DNA of 64,000 nucleotides from an uncultured Gemmataceae bacterium. Lineage in GTDB: Bacteria > Planctomycetota > Planctomycetia > Gemmatales > Gemmataceae. The stretch is taken from contig CAVVPN010000003.1 in NCBI GenBank assembly GCA_963750165.1, forward strand, positions 2,432,001-2,496,000, read 5' to 3'. This document shows, one piece after another, positions 10,932 to 21,900 of this stretch; position 1 is the stretch's first letter, and each line of letters begins with the position of its first letter. Made by a program: the position numbers and the translations under genes. Under the pieces are notes generated by a model. It saw only the letters and a program-made list of their open reading frames with translations. It was not told the DNA's origin and did not search any database.

Positions 10932-12008
10932 ATGTTCCAATTGCGGCGAATGTCCGCGGCGCTGGCGGTGGCGATCACCCTGGCGACCGCCACGGCTAGC
11001 CAGGCCGACATGTTTCAAGGCACGTTGTATTACACCCACTACACCGGGAGCGGCCCGAACGTTTTGGGCATCTCGTTCACCTACAACAGCACTACCCAGT
11101 CCCTCAGCTACGGCACCCAACAGGGCCTTTCCACGGTGAACGGCGCCGACGGCATCATGTTCGCGCCGAACGGGAATCTGCTCGTGACCAGCAACACCGT
11201 GGCCAACGTTTACCGGATCGACGCGACTTCCGGGAAAGTGCTGCAAACGGTTAGCACCAGTGGCGCCTCCGATTATCACATGGCGCTGGACCCGAGCGGC
11301 ACCATGTTCTACTCCAGCGACCGTTACTCCCGCACGACCGGCCCGCTGGACACGTTCGGGATCAACAGCAACGGCACGATTACCAACGCCACGACGACGA
11401 ACATCACCCCAACCAAGGGCAACGACACGAACGTGACCCAGCTCGCGTTCGCGCCGAACGGCAAGGTGTTCTACACCGACGGCACGCCCGACGCCAACGG
11501 AGCCGTCGGTCTGTTCACCTTCGGCTCGCCGAACGATACGACGGACCAGCTGTTCGCCGCGAACACGATCACGGCCGCCCACGGCATCGTGTATGACCCG
11601 TTCACCGGCTTGATGACGATGTTCGGCGGCGGCGGCGTGGCCACTTTGGACCCCAATGCCGGCAGCGACGCGGCCATCCAGGCCAGTCTGAAGCAGCGTA
11701 ACGGCATCAACTCCGATTTCGACCAAGGCTCGGTGGACGGCTACGGTCACGCCTTCATCGCCGGCAACGGCGAGATCACGTTCATCGACTACAGCCAGAC
11801 CCACGACATCACCAGCGCGGCGAACAAGGTCATCATCATGTCCACGGACGGCCACGGCAACAGCTTCAGCGGCATCGACGACGTGGCCCCGCTCGTCGGC
11901 CTGGGTTCGCAGGCCGTCCCCGAACCGGCCAGCCTGACGATCCTCGGCATCAGCGCCGCGGGCCTGGCCGGCTACGCCTGGAAGCGACGCAAGCAGGCCA
12001 GAGCTTAA
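10932..12008 (+). CDS. PEP-CTERM sorting-domain secreted protein (beta-propeller-like body)
   Basis: Signal peptide; C-terminal VPEPASLTILGISAAGLAGYAWKRRK. Confidence 0.9.
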   Translation: MFQLRRMSAALAVAITLATATASQADMFQGTLYYTHYTGSGPNVLGISFTYNSTTQSLSYGTQQGLSTVNGADGIMFAPNGNLLVTSNTVANVYRIDATSGKVLQTVSTSGASDYHMALDPSGTMFYSSDRYSRTTGPLDTFGINSNGTITNATTTNITPTKGNDTNVTQLAFAPNGKVFYTDGTPDANGAVGLFTFGSPNDTTDQLFAANTITAAHGIVYDPFTGLMTMFGGGGVATLDPNAGSDAAIQASLKQRNGINSDFDQGSVDGYGHAFIAGNGEITFIDYSQTHDITSAANKVIIMSTDGHGNSFSGIDDVAPLVGLGSQAVPEPASLTILGISAAGLAGYAWKRRKQARA

Positions 12009-12030
12009 TTGCCCCCGGCGGTTGACAACA

Positions 12031-12081
12031 CCGGAACGCGAACGGGCCGGAGACCACGTCTCCGGCCCGTTCGCGTTCCGG
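12031..12081. terminator. Strong hairpin after the PEP-CTERM gene
   Basis: ccggaacgcgaacgggccggagac-cac-gtctccggcccgttcgcgttccgg; no T-tract. Confidence 0.55.
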
Positions 12082-12264
12082 CAGGGCCCGCGCAGCGGTG
12101 CCGTCGGTGTTCCCAGGCCGGTAGCGGTGAACCCCCACTTCGTCCGGACGCCCTCATACGGAATCGCCATTCTGGTTCGTGGCCCTGCCCTCACCAACCC
12201 GACACCTGAGCGCGCTGGCGCCAACAATTTCTTGCAGCCGGTCGAGCGCTGTTAAATCCCCCCT

Positions 12265-12341
12265 CACGAAACCACGAAAGTACGAAACCACGAAAAAGAC
12301 ATTTGATTTGTCTTTTTCATGGTTTCGTACTTTCGTGGTTT
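12265..12341. repeat. Inverted short-tandem repeat element (cacgaaa / tttcgtg)
   Basis: cacgaaaccacgaaagtacgaaaccacgaaa ... tttcatggtttcgtactttcgtggttt. Confidence 0.75.
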
Positions 12342-12353
12342 CCTGACGGGCAT

Positions 12354-13010
12354 TTATTTCGTCGCCTCTGCCACCTGCGCTTGCTCGGCCGTGGTCGCGG
12401 GTTGCGGCGGCTGTTCGTGGTTCAGGTAGAACGCCTGCAACAGCAGCAAGCCGGCGCCGCACACCAGGCAGCAATCGGCCAGGTTGAAGACCGGGAAGTT
12501 GAACAGGTAGTTGTAGTGCAGGAAGTCGCGGACGCCGCTGAAGATGACGCGGTCGTAGAGGTTGCCGAGCGTGCCGCCCAGGATCAGGCCCAGCGCCGTC
12601 GAGAGATACCAGTCCTTGCACGCCTGCGCGCGCAGACTCCAGCCGACGATGGCCACTGCCGCGACGACGCTGATGACCGCGAAGAACGAGTTGAAGTCGC
12701 TGCCCGGTTCGCCCGCCTCATTGCGACTGCCCAGGCCCCACAGGGCCCCGTGGTTGACGTGCGGCAGCCGGTCGCCGCTCACCGTCCGCAGCTGAGCCAG
12801 CAGGTCGTCTCCCGTCCCGGGCTCGCGCGTGAACCAGGCGTCCAGGTAGAACACGCCGTCGATGAGCGGGTAACTCTTGCCCATGCTCTCGGGGCTGTCC
12901 GGGTACAGGTTGGCAAACACCTGGTACTTGCTGTACTGATCGACGCAGAGGCCCAGCAGAGCCAGGCCCCAGAACAGCCAGCGGTACGAGCGGGTCGTCT
13001 GCGTGGTCAT
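12354..13010 (-). CDS. lspA: Lipoprotein signal peptidase II
   Basis: DQYSK, NHGALWG, GGTLGNLYDR, VRDF, FPVFNLAD. Confidence 0.93.
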   Translation of the reverse strand: MTTQTTRSYRWLFWGLALLGLCVDQYSKYQVFANLYPDSPESMGKSYPLIDGVFYLDAWFTREPGTGDDLLAQLRTVSGDRLPHVNHGALWGLGSRNEAGEPGSDFNSFFAVISVVAAVAIVGWSLRAQACKDWYLSTALGLILGGTLGNLYDRVIFSGVRDFLHYNYLFNFPVFNLADCCLVCGAGLLLLQAFYLNHEQPPQPATTAEQAQVAEATK

Positions 13011-13211
13011 AAGAGTCGGCAGTCCCGTAGAGAGCGCGCGGCGCTCCGCGCGGTGACCGAGGAGATTCTGGTGGGTGCGGCACCCGACGGCCTCGCTACC
13101 GTCGTCGGTAGTTCACGATAGCCCACGCCGCGCGGGCCGTCAAGCACACCCAGCGGCCGGTCTATACCAGGGAGCGGGCGCGACCGCAAGGCGGATTTGC
13201 CGGTCGATAAG

Positions 13212-13274
13212 CGTCGGAGCCCGAGCCCCAGCGAGGTGGCAGCGCTGCCCCGCGCTGGCGCTCGGGCTCCGACG
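13212..13274. repeat. REP-like inverted repeat (gagcccgagc family; related copy at 51272-51330)
   Basis: cgtcggagcccgagccccagcg ... cgctggcgctcgggctccgacg. Confidence 0.75.
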
Positions 13275-13290
13275 GTCGAACGCCCCTGCA

Positions 13291-13962
13291 TCAGTCCTTG
13301 TCGAGCACCTCCGGCGTCAGGCCAACGACGATGTCGAAGTGCGCCGCCACCGCGCCGGTCTTCGAGCCCTTGATCGGCGTGAAGTCCACGAGGATCGCGT
13401 CACGCACCTTCTTGTCCTTGATGGCCATGAGGATGTCGTCCTTTGCGTTTCGCGGCTCGCCCTTGATGTAAATCTGCGTCGTCAGCAGCCGCTTGCCGTC
13501 CTTCAGCACGATGAAGTGGATGTGCGGCGTGCGGCCGGGATAGGGCACCGGCTTGAGGGTGCGGAAGTAGTAGTCGCCGTTCAGGCCCGTCCGGCAGCGG
13601 CCGAAGCCCTGGAAGTTCCTGTCGTAGCTGGCGCGGTTGTGGCTGTCGGAGTGCAGGTAAATGCCGTTGCTGTCCACCTGCCAGATTTCCACGACGGCGC
13701 CCGGCACCGGTTTGCCGCTGACGTTCAGCACCTTGCCGTACAGGTGCGTGACGGTGCCTCTGGCGGCCGTCTTGGAGTTGTTGACGATCACCAGGTCGTT
13801 GTCCGTGTCGGCCGGCAGCCGGTCGGGGTAGAAGGGGCCCTCCATCTGGGAAGGGGTCTTGCCCAGCGGCTTGCCGCCGACGCCGCCCTGCTGCGCAGCG
13901 GCGTCCAGGGCCAGAAGGGCCGCCACCGCCAGCGCCGCCACGCTCGTCATCCTGTACTTCAT
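13291..13962 (-). CDS. Secreted intradiol ring-cleavage dioxygenase-like protein
   Basis: EGPFY, VEIWQVDSNGIY, FQGFGR, YPGRTPHIH; N-terminal signal peptide. Confidence 0.88.
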   Translation of the reverse strand: MKYRMTSVAALAVAALLALDAAAQQGGVGGKPLGKTPSQMEGPFYPDRLPADTDNDLVIVNNSKTAARGTVTHLYGKVLNVSGKPVPGAVVEIWQVDSNGIYLHSDSHNRASYDRNFQGFGRCRTGLNGDYYFRTLKPVPYPGRTPHIHFIVLKDGKRLLTTQIYIKGEPRNAKDDILMAIKDKKVRDAILVDFTPIKGSKTGAVAAHFDIVVGLTPEVLDKD

Positions 13963-14072
13963 GTGGACCTCGGAGTTGCCTCGCCTGAACTGAGAGGGGT
14001 TTGGGCAAGCATATCCTGGCAACCCCGGCGCGCAAGGTCAAGCCTTCTCACGCATTTCTCACGTCCCGAGGG

Positions 14073-14465
14073 TCACTTCGCCAGCAGATCGACCAGCGAG
14101 CGCAACTGCTCCGGCCCGACCCGGCCGACCAGGCCCTTGATCGTCTCGATGTCCTTCAAACTGATGCCGCCAGCCGGCGGGGTCGCCGCTTTCGGGGCCG
14201 CGGGCTTCGCGGTGGGTTTGGCGGCCGGCTTGCCCTGAGTCCTGGCCTTGCCCCCGCCCGGCTCCTGGCGGAGGATCTTGCCCTTGTAATTGGAAACGAG
14301 GTCGGTGGTCATGTCGATGTTGAACTCTGTCTTGACGAATCTCTGGATGTCCAGGGGCCTGGCGTCGTTGCCGAGTTTGGCCAGCGCCTGCTTGACGGCC
14401 TCCCATTTATTCATTCCGGACTGTGGGTCAGGGGTTGCCGACGTGGAAGGGGGCTTGTCCGCCAT
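14073..14465 (-). CDS. Small basic hypothetical protein with an Ala/Lys/Pro linker, possibly DNA-binding
   Basis: Helical N-domain NKWEAVKQAL..VSNYK, KPAAKPTAKPAAPK linker, short helical C-domain. Confidence 0.65.
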   Translation of the reverse strand: MADKPPSTSATPDPQSGMNKWEAVKQALAKLGNDARPLDIQRFVKTEFNIDMTTDLVSNYKGKILRQEPGGGKARTQGKPAAKPTAKPAAPKAATPPAGGISLKDIETIKGLVGRVGPEQLRSLVDLLAK

Positions 14466-14712
14466 GATGCTCTCCGGGTTCGGGTGAAGGACACAACTTC
14501 CACTATAATCGCTCCAGATTGCCCCTCTGGCCATACCATTTCGGGACACTGCGGCGGCCAACCCATCCCGCATTGGCCCTGTCTTCGGCACCAACGGTCT
14601 AACCGGCCCTGCCGCGGTGAACCTGGCGCGCCGGCTGCGTGTTTTCCCCCTGTCTACCGATAGGTTTCCTGCGTCGAGGCGTTCAACCAAGGCGCAGCCG
14701 TCACGCTGGTCG

Positions 14713-15126
14713 TTAGCGGATGATGTAGGGGACGGCGTACGACGGCACGTTGCTGGGGGTGTACAGCCCCTGGCCATAGTACGGGGCGGCGTAGTCCGAC
14801 AGGCCGTGGCCGTAATTGCTGAACAGGCCCTGACGGGGGTAGGGCAAGGCGAAGCCCGACAGGTCGGCGCCGGACGCGGTGCCCGCACCGTAGACGGGGA
14901 TGAGGGAGGCGGGGTAGTGGCGGTAGCGGCTCGGGTAGCCGCTGGGGGGGGCGGCGAAGTGGGTGAAGTACGGGGTCGTGTAGTCGGCGTAGAAGTCGTA
15001 GCTGGGCGGGTAGGCGAACGCCGGGCGTGCGCCGCGCGGCAGCTGGGCCGACGCCGGGGCCGCGCAGGCGGCGAACGCGATGAGGCCGGCCATCAGGCCG
15101 GCCGCCAGGATGGATTTGCTGCGCAT
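14713..15126 (-). CDS. Secreted Tyr/Pro/Gly-rich hypothetical protein
   Basis: Signal peptide MRSKSILAAG..ASA; low-complexity YP-rich body. Confidence 0.6.
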   Translation of the reverse strand: MRSKSILAAGLMAGLIAFAACAAPASAQLPRGARPAFAYPPSYDFYADYTTPYFTHFAAPPSGYPSRYRHYPASLIPVYGAGTASGADLSGFALPYPRQGLFSNYGHGLSDYAAPYYGQGLYTPSNVPSYAVPYIIR

Positions 15127-15499
15127 GACGGATTCCTCGCTTTCCCTTGTGTATCGGCCGTTTGCCACTGCGGGCTGCGGAGAATCGGGAAGCAAAATGT
15201 GTGCCGTTCGCGGCGGATTGTCCCTTTTGCTGGGCCGCTTCGCGCTGGCCATGTTGAGAGGGCGGCAGCTTTGCCTTGCACGGCCGGCCCATCGGCCGGT
15301 TCAGCAAGCTGGCGACGACTCTCCCCACGGATCGGCGGATTGGCGCCAACGCAGGCGGAACTGGGCCGAAGGTTTTCCCACGGCTTTCATTGCCGCGCGC
15401 GGGGTTCCATGTCTGTCACCGGACACTTCCGCAACCCGGGTTACGCCGGCACCGGCACCGGCCGCGGCAGCCTGCGCCCGGCGGCGACCGCCGGCCGTC

Positions 15500-15715
15500 C
15501 CGCTACCAGTTGTTCCAGCGCATCGACGAACCGAACGGCCCGAAGCAGGTGTTCCTGCGGCGGGTCTTCAGCGGCAAGCGCCATCCGGTGGCGGGGACGA
15601 AGGCCGTGTTTTTCTGCTTCAACCTGCCGGCCCCGGACCGCGGCGCCGAGCCGGGGCCAGGGGGTGAACTACCCTGGACCGAGGAAGCCGGCCGCTGCGC
15701 GAGGTATCTGTTCGA
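15500..15715 (+). pseudogene. Gene remnant resembling the C-terminal region of a large helicase-related protein
   Basis: RRVFSGKRHPVAGTKAVFFCFNLPAPD..WTEEAG..Y; no start and no intact body; family call from memory only. Confidence 0.35.
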
Positions 15716-15925
15716 AAAGACACCACCAGGGCTGTTTTTTCACTTGCATTCTCTCCGTCAGCCGTCATGCTTATGGTTCGATGTGAGATGTTCTGTTTGA
15801 GGACGGCAGCGCGGACGCTGTTGCGGCTGGTTCGCCCCTACCCTCCCCGGTTGGCGAACCCTTTTTATACGACTCGAATTGCCCGGCCGGGCGCCGTTTC
15901 CCCGGGTGTGAAGGAGATCGCATTG

Positions 15926-18900
15926 ATGGGAAGGTTCACACGGCGTTCGCACGGGAGCAAGCTCGCCCACCGGACGCGCGGCCGACGGCTCCTCGTCGAG
16001 CAACTGGAGGACCGACTGACGCTCTCCGTCACCTGGACGGGGAACGCCGGCACGTTCAACTGGACCGACGCGAACAACTGGTCCAGCCACGCGGTGCCCG
16101 GCTCCACGGACGACGTGATGATCAACGTTGCCGTCTCAAGCCCCATCTCGATCAGTTCCGGGCGCAGGCCATCAACTCATTGACGGACACCACCGCCGCC
16201 CTCGACCTGTCCGGCGGTTCGCTGTCCATCGCGGCCAGTTCCGCGGTGAGCCAGAACTTCACGCTGTCGGGCGGGACGCTGACCCCCAGCGGCGGCCTGA
16301 CCGTGAGCGGTCCACCTTCAACTTCAACGGCGGGACCATTGGCGCGGCGGTGACGCTGGTGAACGCGGCGCTGGCCATCGGTGCGGGCTCGACCGGGGCG
16401 GCGAGTTTTATCGTGCAGGGCTCGAACACCCTCAGCGGTACCATCGCGGCCGGGCAGTCGGTGTGGTTGCAGGGGAACAGCGGCTCCGGTTTTGCGACGC
16501 TGACCGCCTCCGGCGCCGTCACCAACCACGGGACCATCCTGCTACAATCCGTCGGCAGTAGCTACACCGACAAGCTGGACGCCGGCAGCTTCGCCTTCAC
16601 GAACGCGGCCGACGGCACCATCCAGACCGTGGCCGGCAGCGGCGGCTCGCGCCTCCTGTTCGGCAACATCCTGAACCTGGGGACGGTGAGCGTGGGGGCC
16701 TCGACGGCGCTGGCGGTCAACAGCGGTGTGGCGGCCACCACAGTCTTCACGAACCAGGGGCAGGTGACGGTGGACCCGGCCGGGCTGGCGACCTTCGGCG
16801 GCACCTACGCCGCCGCCGGCGGCACCATCACCGGCCCGGGCTATGTCTTCAACGGCACCCTGAGCATCACCGCCAGCCCGGCGAGCCCGATCACGACCCT
16901 GGTCGCCGGCTCATCCAGTCTGGCGACGAACGTGCTGCCCAACAACGTCGTCTGGGTCCAGGGCAACAACACCCTCGGCCTCAACACCTTCGCCACCCTG
17001 AGCCCGGCCAGCACCGGCCTGGTCAACCACGGCACCATCCTGCTGCAGTCCATCAACGGTAGCGGCTACACCGACAAGCTGGACGCCGGCAGCTTCACCT
17101 TCAGCAACGCGGCCGACGGCACCATCCAGGCCATGGCCGGCACCGGCGGCTCGCGCCTCCTCTTTGGCAACATCCTGAACCTGGGGGCGGTGACCGTCGG
17201 CGCCTCGACGGCCCTGGCGGTCAACAGCGGTGTGGCGGCCACCACAGTCTTCACGAACCAGGGGCAGGTGACGGTGGACCCGGCCGGGCTGGCGACGTTC
17301 GGTGGCACCTACGCCGCCGCCGGCGGCACCATCACCGGCCCGGGCTATGTCTTCAACGGCACCCTGAGCATCACCGCCAGCCCGGCGAGCCCGATCACGA
17401 TCCTGGTCGCGGGCAACACCGCTCTGGCGACGAACGTGCTGCCCAACAATGTCGTCTGGGTGCAGGGCAACAACACCCTCGGCCTCAACACCTCCGCCAC
17501 GCTGAGCCCGGCCACCGGCCTGGTGAACCACGGCACCATTCTGCTGCAGTCGATCAACGGCAGCGGCTACACGGACACGCTGGCGTGCGGCAGCGGCTTC
17601 ACCAACGGCACCGACGGCACCATCCAGGTCGTGGCCGGCAGCGGCGGCTCGCGCGTCATCACCGGCAGCCTCACGAACCTGGGCACGGTGAGCGTCGGCG
17701 CCTCGACGGCCCTGGCGGTCAACAGCGGCGGGGCGGCGTCGGCAATCTTCACGAACTAGCACCAGGTGACGGTGGATCCGGCGGGGCTGGCGACGTTCGG
17801 TGGCACCTACGCCGCCGCCGGCGGCACCATCACCGGCCCGGGCTATGTCTTCAACGGCACCCTCAGCATCACCGCCAGCCCGGCGAGCCCGATCACGATC
17901 CTGGTCGCGGGCAACACCGCTCTGGCGACGAACGTGCTGCCCAACAATGTCGTCTGGGTGCAGGGCAACAACACCCTCGGCCTCAACACCTCCGCCACGC
18001 TGACCCCGGCCACCGGCCTGGTGAACCACGGCACCATTCTGCTGCAGTCCATCAACGGCAGCGGCTACACGGACACGCTGGCGTGCGGCACCAGCGGCTT
18101 CACCAACGGCACCGACGGCACCATCCAGGTCGTGGCCGGCAGCGGCGGCTCGCGCGTCATCTCCAACAACTTCACGAACCTGGGCACGGTGACCGTCGGC
18201 GCCTCGACGGCCCTGATGGTCAACAGCAACGCATCGGCGGCAGTGACCTTTACCAACCAGGGGCAGGTAACGGTGGACCCGGCCGGGTCGGCGAGTTTCG
18301 GCGGCACCTACGCCGCCGCCGGCGGCAACGTCACCGGGCCGGGTTACGTCGTCAACGGCACCCTGAACGTCACCGCCAGCCCCGCGACCCCGGCGACGAT
18401 CGGGGTGGTCGGCGCCACGACCCTCGCGACAGACGTGTTGCCGAACAACACCATCAAGATCCTGGCCCTCACCACCAACGCCATCCTCAGCCCGGCCACC
18501 TTCGGCCTGGTGAACCACGGCACGATTCTGCTGCAGTCGATCAACGGCAGCGGCTACACGGACTCGTTGGCGTGCGGCACCGTCGGCTTCACCAACGGCG
18601 CCGACGGCACCATCCAGACCGTGGCCGGCAGCGGCAGTGCGCCCCTCATCACGGGCAGCCTCACGAACCTGGGCGCGGTGAGCGTCAGCGCCGCGTCAAC
18701 ACTGACGGTCAACAGCGGTTCCCCGGCGTCCGCGACCTTCACGAACCAGGGACTGGTGACGGTGGACCCGGCCGGGCTGGCGGCCTTCGGCGGCACTTAC
18801 GCCGCCGCCGGCGGCACCATCACCGGCCCCGGCTACGTCCTCAACGGCAACCTGAGCATCACCGCCAGCCGCACGACCCCCACCACGATCCTGGTGGCCG

Positions 18901-21900
18901 GCTTATCCAACCTGGTGACCAACGTGCTGCCGAACTACACCGTCTGGGTGCAGGGCTTCGGCAACAACGCCGCTTTCGGGCCGGCCTCCGTCGGCCTGGT
19001 GAACCACGGCACCATCCTCCTGGAGTCGATCAACGGCTCTAACTACACGCCCTCGCTGGCGTGCGGCACCGACGGCTTCACCAACGGCGCCGACGGCACC
19101 GTCCAGGTCATGGACGGCAGCGGCGCGGCGGCTACCATCACGGGCAGCTTCACGAACCTGGGCACGGTGACCGTCGGCGCCTCGGCATCCGTGACGATCG
19201 CCGGCGGCGGCTACGCCGCGTCGATCTTCACCAACCAGGGGCAGGTGACGGTGGACCCGGCCGGGTCGGCGACCCTGAACAGCACCTACATCGCTGCGGG
19301 CGGCACCATCACCGGCCCCGGCTACGTCATCGACGCCACCCTGGACATCACCGCCAGCCCGACGACGCCATCGACGATCCTGATCGCGGGCGCCACGACC
19401 CTGGGGACCAACGTGCTGCCGAACTACACCATCTGGGTGGGGGGCCGCAACTCCTACGCCACCCTGAGCGCGGCCGGCGAGACCAACCACGGCACCATCC
19501 TCCTGCAGTCGATCAGCGGTTCGTCCGACACGGATACGCTGGCGTGCGGCGGCGGCTTCACCAACGGCGCCGACGGCACCATCCAGGTCATGGCCGGCAG
19601 CGGCGGCTCGCGCGCTTACATCGGCACCCTGACCAACCTCGGCACGGTAACCGTCGGTAGCGGCACGACCTTCGCCCCCGGCGGCACCGGCGGCACCTAC
19701 ACGCAAAACGGCGGCGCCACGGTCCTGGCCTCCGGCACCCTGAACGGCACGGTCAGCCTGAACGGCGGCGTGCTGTCGGGGACCGGCACCGTGATCGGCA
19801 GCGTCACCAACGCCGCCGCCGTGAGCCCGGGGACGGCCACCGCCGCCGGCGAGATCACCGTCAGCGGCACCTACACCCAGGCCGCCGGCGGCAGCCTCAA
19901 CATCAAGGTCGGCGGCCGCACCACCCCCGGCCAGGACTACGACCAACTCGTGGTCAGCGGCACGCCGCCGGGCTCCGGCACGGCGGCCCTCGCCGGCACC
20001 GTGAACGTCAGCCTGCTGAACGGCTTCACCCCGCAGCCCGGCGACCGCTACCAGATCATCAACTACGCGTCCCATAGTGGCGACTTCGCCACGCGAACCG
20101 GCTTCACCCTGGGCGGCGGCAACGTGCTGGTCGAGCAGGTCAACTCGACCAACCTGGCCCTGGCCGTCGATCAGCCGCCGGCGATCACCAGCGCCGGCGG
20201 CACGATGTTCACGGCGGGCACGGCGAACAGCTTCACGGTCACGGCCATCGGCACGCCAGGCCCGACGTTCACCGAAACCGGCGCCCTGCCCGCCGGCGTC
20301 ACCCTCAGCGCGGCCGGCGTCCTGAGCGGCACCCCGGCGGTCGGCGCCGTCGGCACCTACAGCATCGTCATCACCCCCGCCAACGCCGCCGGCACCGGCC
20401 CCAGCCAGAACTTCACCCTCACCGTCACCCCCGCCACCGTGGTCGTCAGCGCCCCGGCCGGCGCCACCGCCGGCACCGCCATCACCGTCACCGTCACCGT
20501 CCAGGACGCCGCCCAGCACACCTTGACCGGCTACCAGGGCACGCTCCACTTCAGCAGCAGCGACCTGCTCGCCGTCCTGCCCGCCGACGCCCAGCTCACC
20601 AACGGCACGGGCAGCTTCAACGTCACCCTGAAGACCGCCGGCAACCAGACCGTCACGGCGACCGACACGATGACAGGCACCGTCACCGGCACCGCCACCG
20701 TCGCCGTCAGCGCCGCGGCCGCCACGACCTTCACCCTCGCCGCCCCTGCCGCCGCCACGGCGGGCAGCGCGTTCACGCTGACGGCCACCGCCCGCGACGC
20801 CTACGGCAACGTCGCCACGGGCTACACGGGGACGGTCCACTTCACGAAGATCGACACCGGCGTGGGCGCCGCCGTGCCCGCGGACTACACGTTCGTCGCC
20901 GGCGACAACGGCGCCCACACCTTCACCGGCGGCGCCACCCTCGTGACCGCGGGCAACCAGACCGTGACCGTGACGGACACCGCCGCGCCCGCCCGCACCG
21001 GCAGTGCCACGGTGGCCGTCAGCGCCGCCGCGGCGGACCACCTCGTCTTTCTGCAGCAGCCGACCAACACCGCCGCAGGCGCCGCCATCGCGCCGGCGGT
21101 CAGCGTGCTGGTCGTGGACGCGTACAACAACCCGGTCGCCAGCACGACCGCCGTGACTGTGGCCGCCAGCGGCCCGGGCAGCTTCACCGCTGCCAGCACC
21201 ACCACCATGCCGGCCGTGGCCGGGACGGCGACGTTCAGCAACCTGCACCTGGGCGCCGCCGGTGGCTACACCCTCGGCGCCACCGCCGTCGGCCTGACTG
21301 CCGCGTTCTCGCAGGGCTTTACCGTCACCGCCACCGCCGCCAACCACTTCGTGGTCGGTGCGCCGGTCGGGGCCACGACCGGCAACCCGGTCAGCGTCAC
21401 GGTGACGGCGCTGGACCCGTACAACAACCTGGCAGCGGGCTACGGCGGCACCGTCCACTTCACCAGCAGCGACCCCGCGGCCGAGCTGCCCGCCGACGCC
21501 ACGCTCACCGCCGGCACCGGCACTTTCAGCGTGACGTTCAACCGCAGCGGCAGCCAGACCGTCACCGTCACCGCCACCGGCGCCGTCACCGGCACGAGTG
21601 GCGCCGTCGCCGTCCGCGGCCTGGTGGTCACCGGCCTGGTGCCGACGGCGACGGGCTTCCGGGTGACGTTCAGCAAGCCCTTCAACCTCTCCGAGATCAA
21701 CCTCTATGACGCGGCCTCTGCCGGCTACGGCGCCGCGGACGTGACGCTGGCGGCGCCGAGCGGCAGCCGGGTGCGTGGCTCGCTGGTGTTCGACGCCAAC
21801 GACGCCGGCTTCACGTTCGTCAAGACGAGCGGCCCGGTGAACGGCGGCACTGCCGGGTTGCTCGCGGCCGGCACGTATACCGTCACGCTCGCCAGCAACG

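Noticed and set aside
12218..12258. attC site (cgccaac..gttaaat)
   Set aside because: Too short and the two cores are not complementary
17757..17759. Recoded stop linked to the nearby tRNA-Sec
   Set aside because: The codon is TAG, not TGA; it replaces Gln in a repeat, and the gene is also MITE-disrupted
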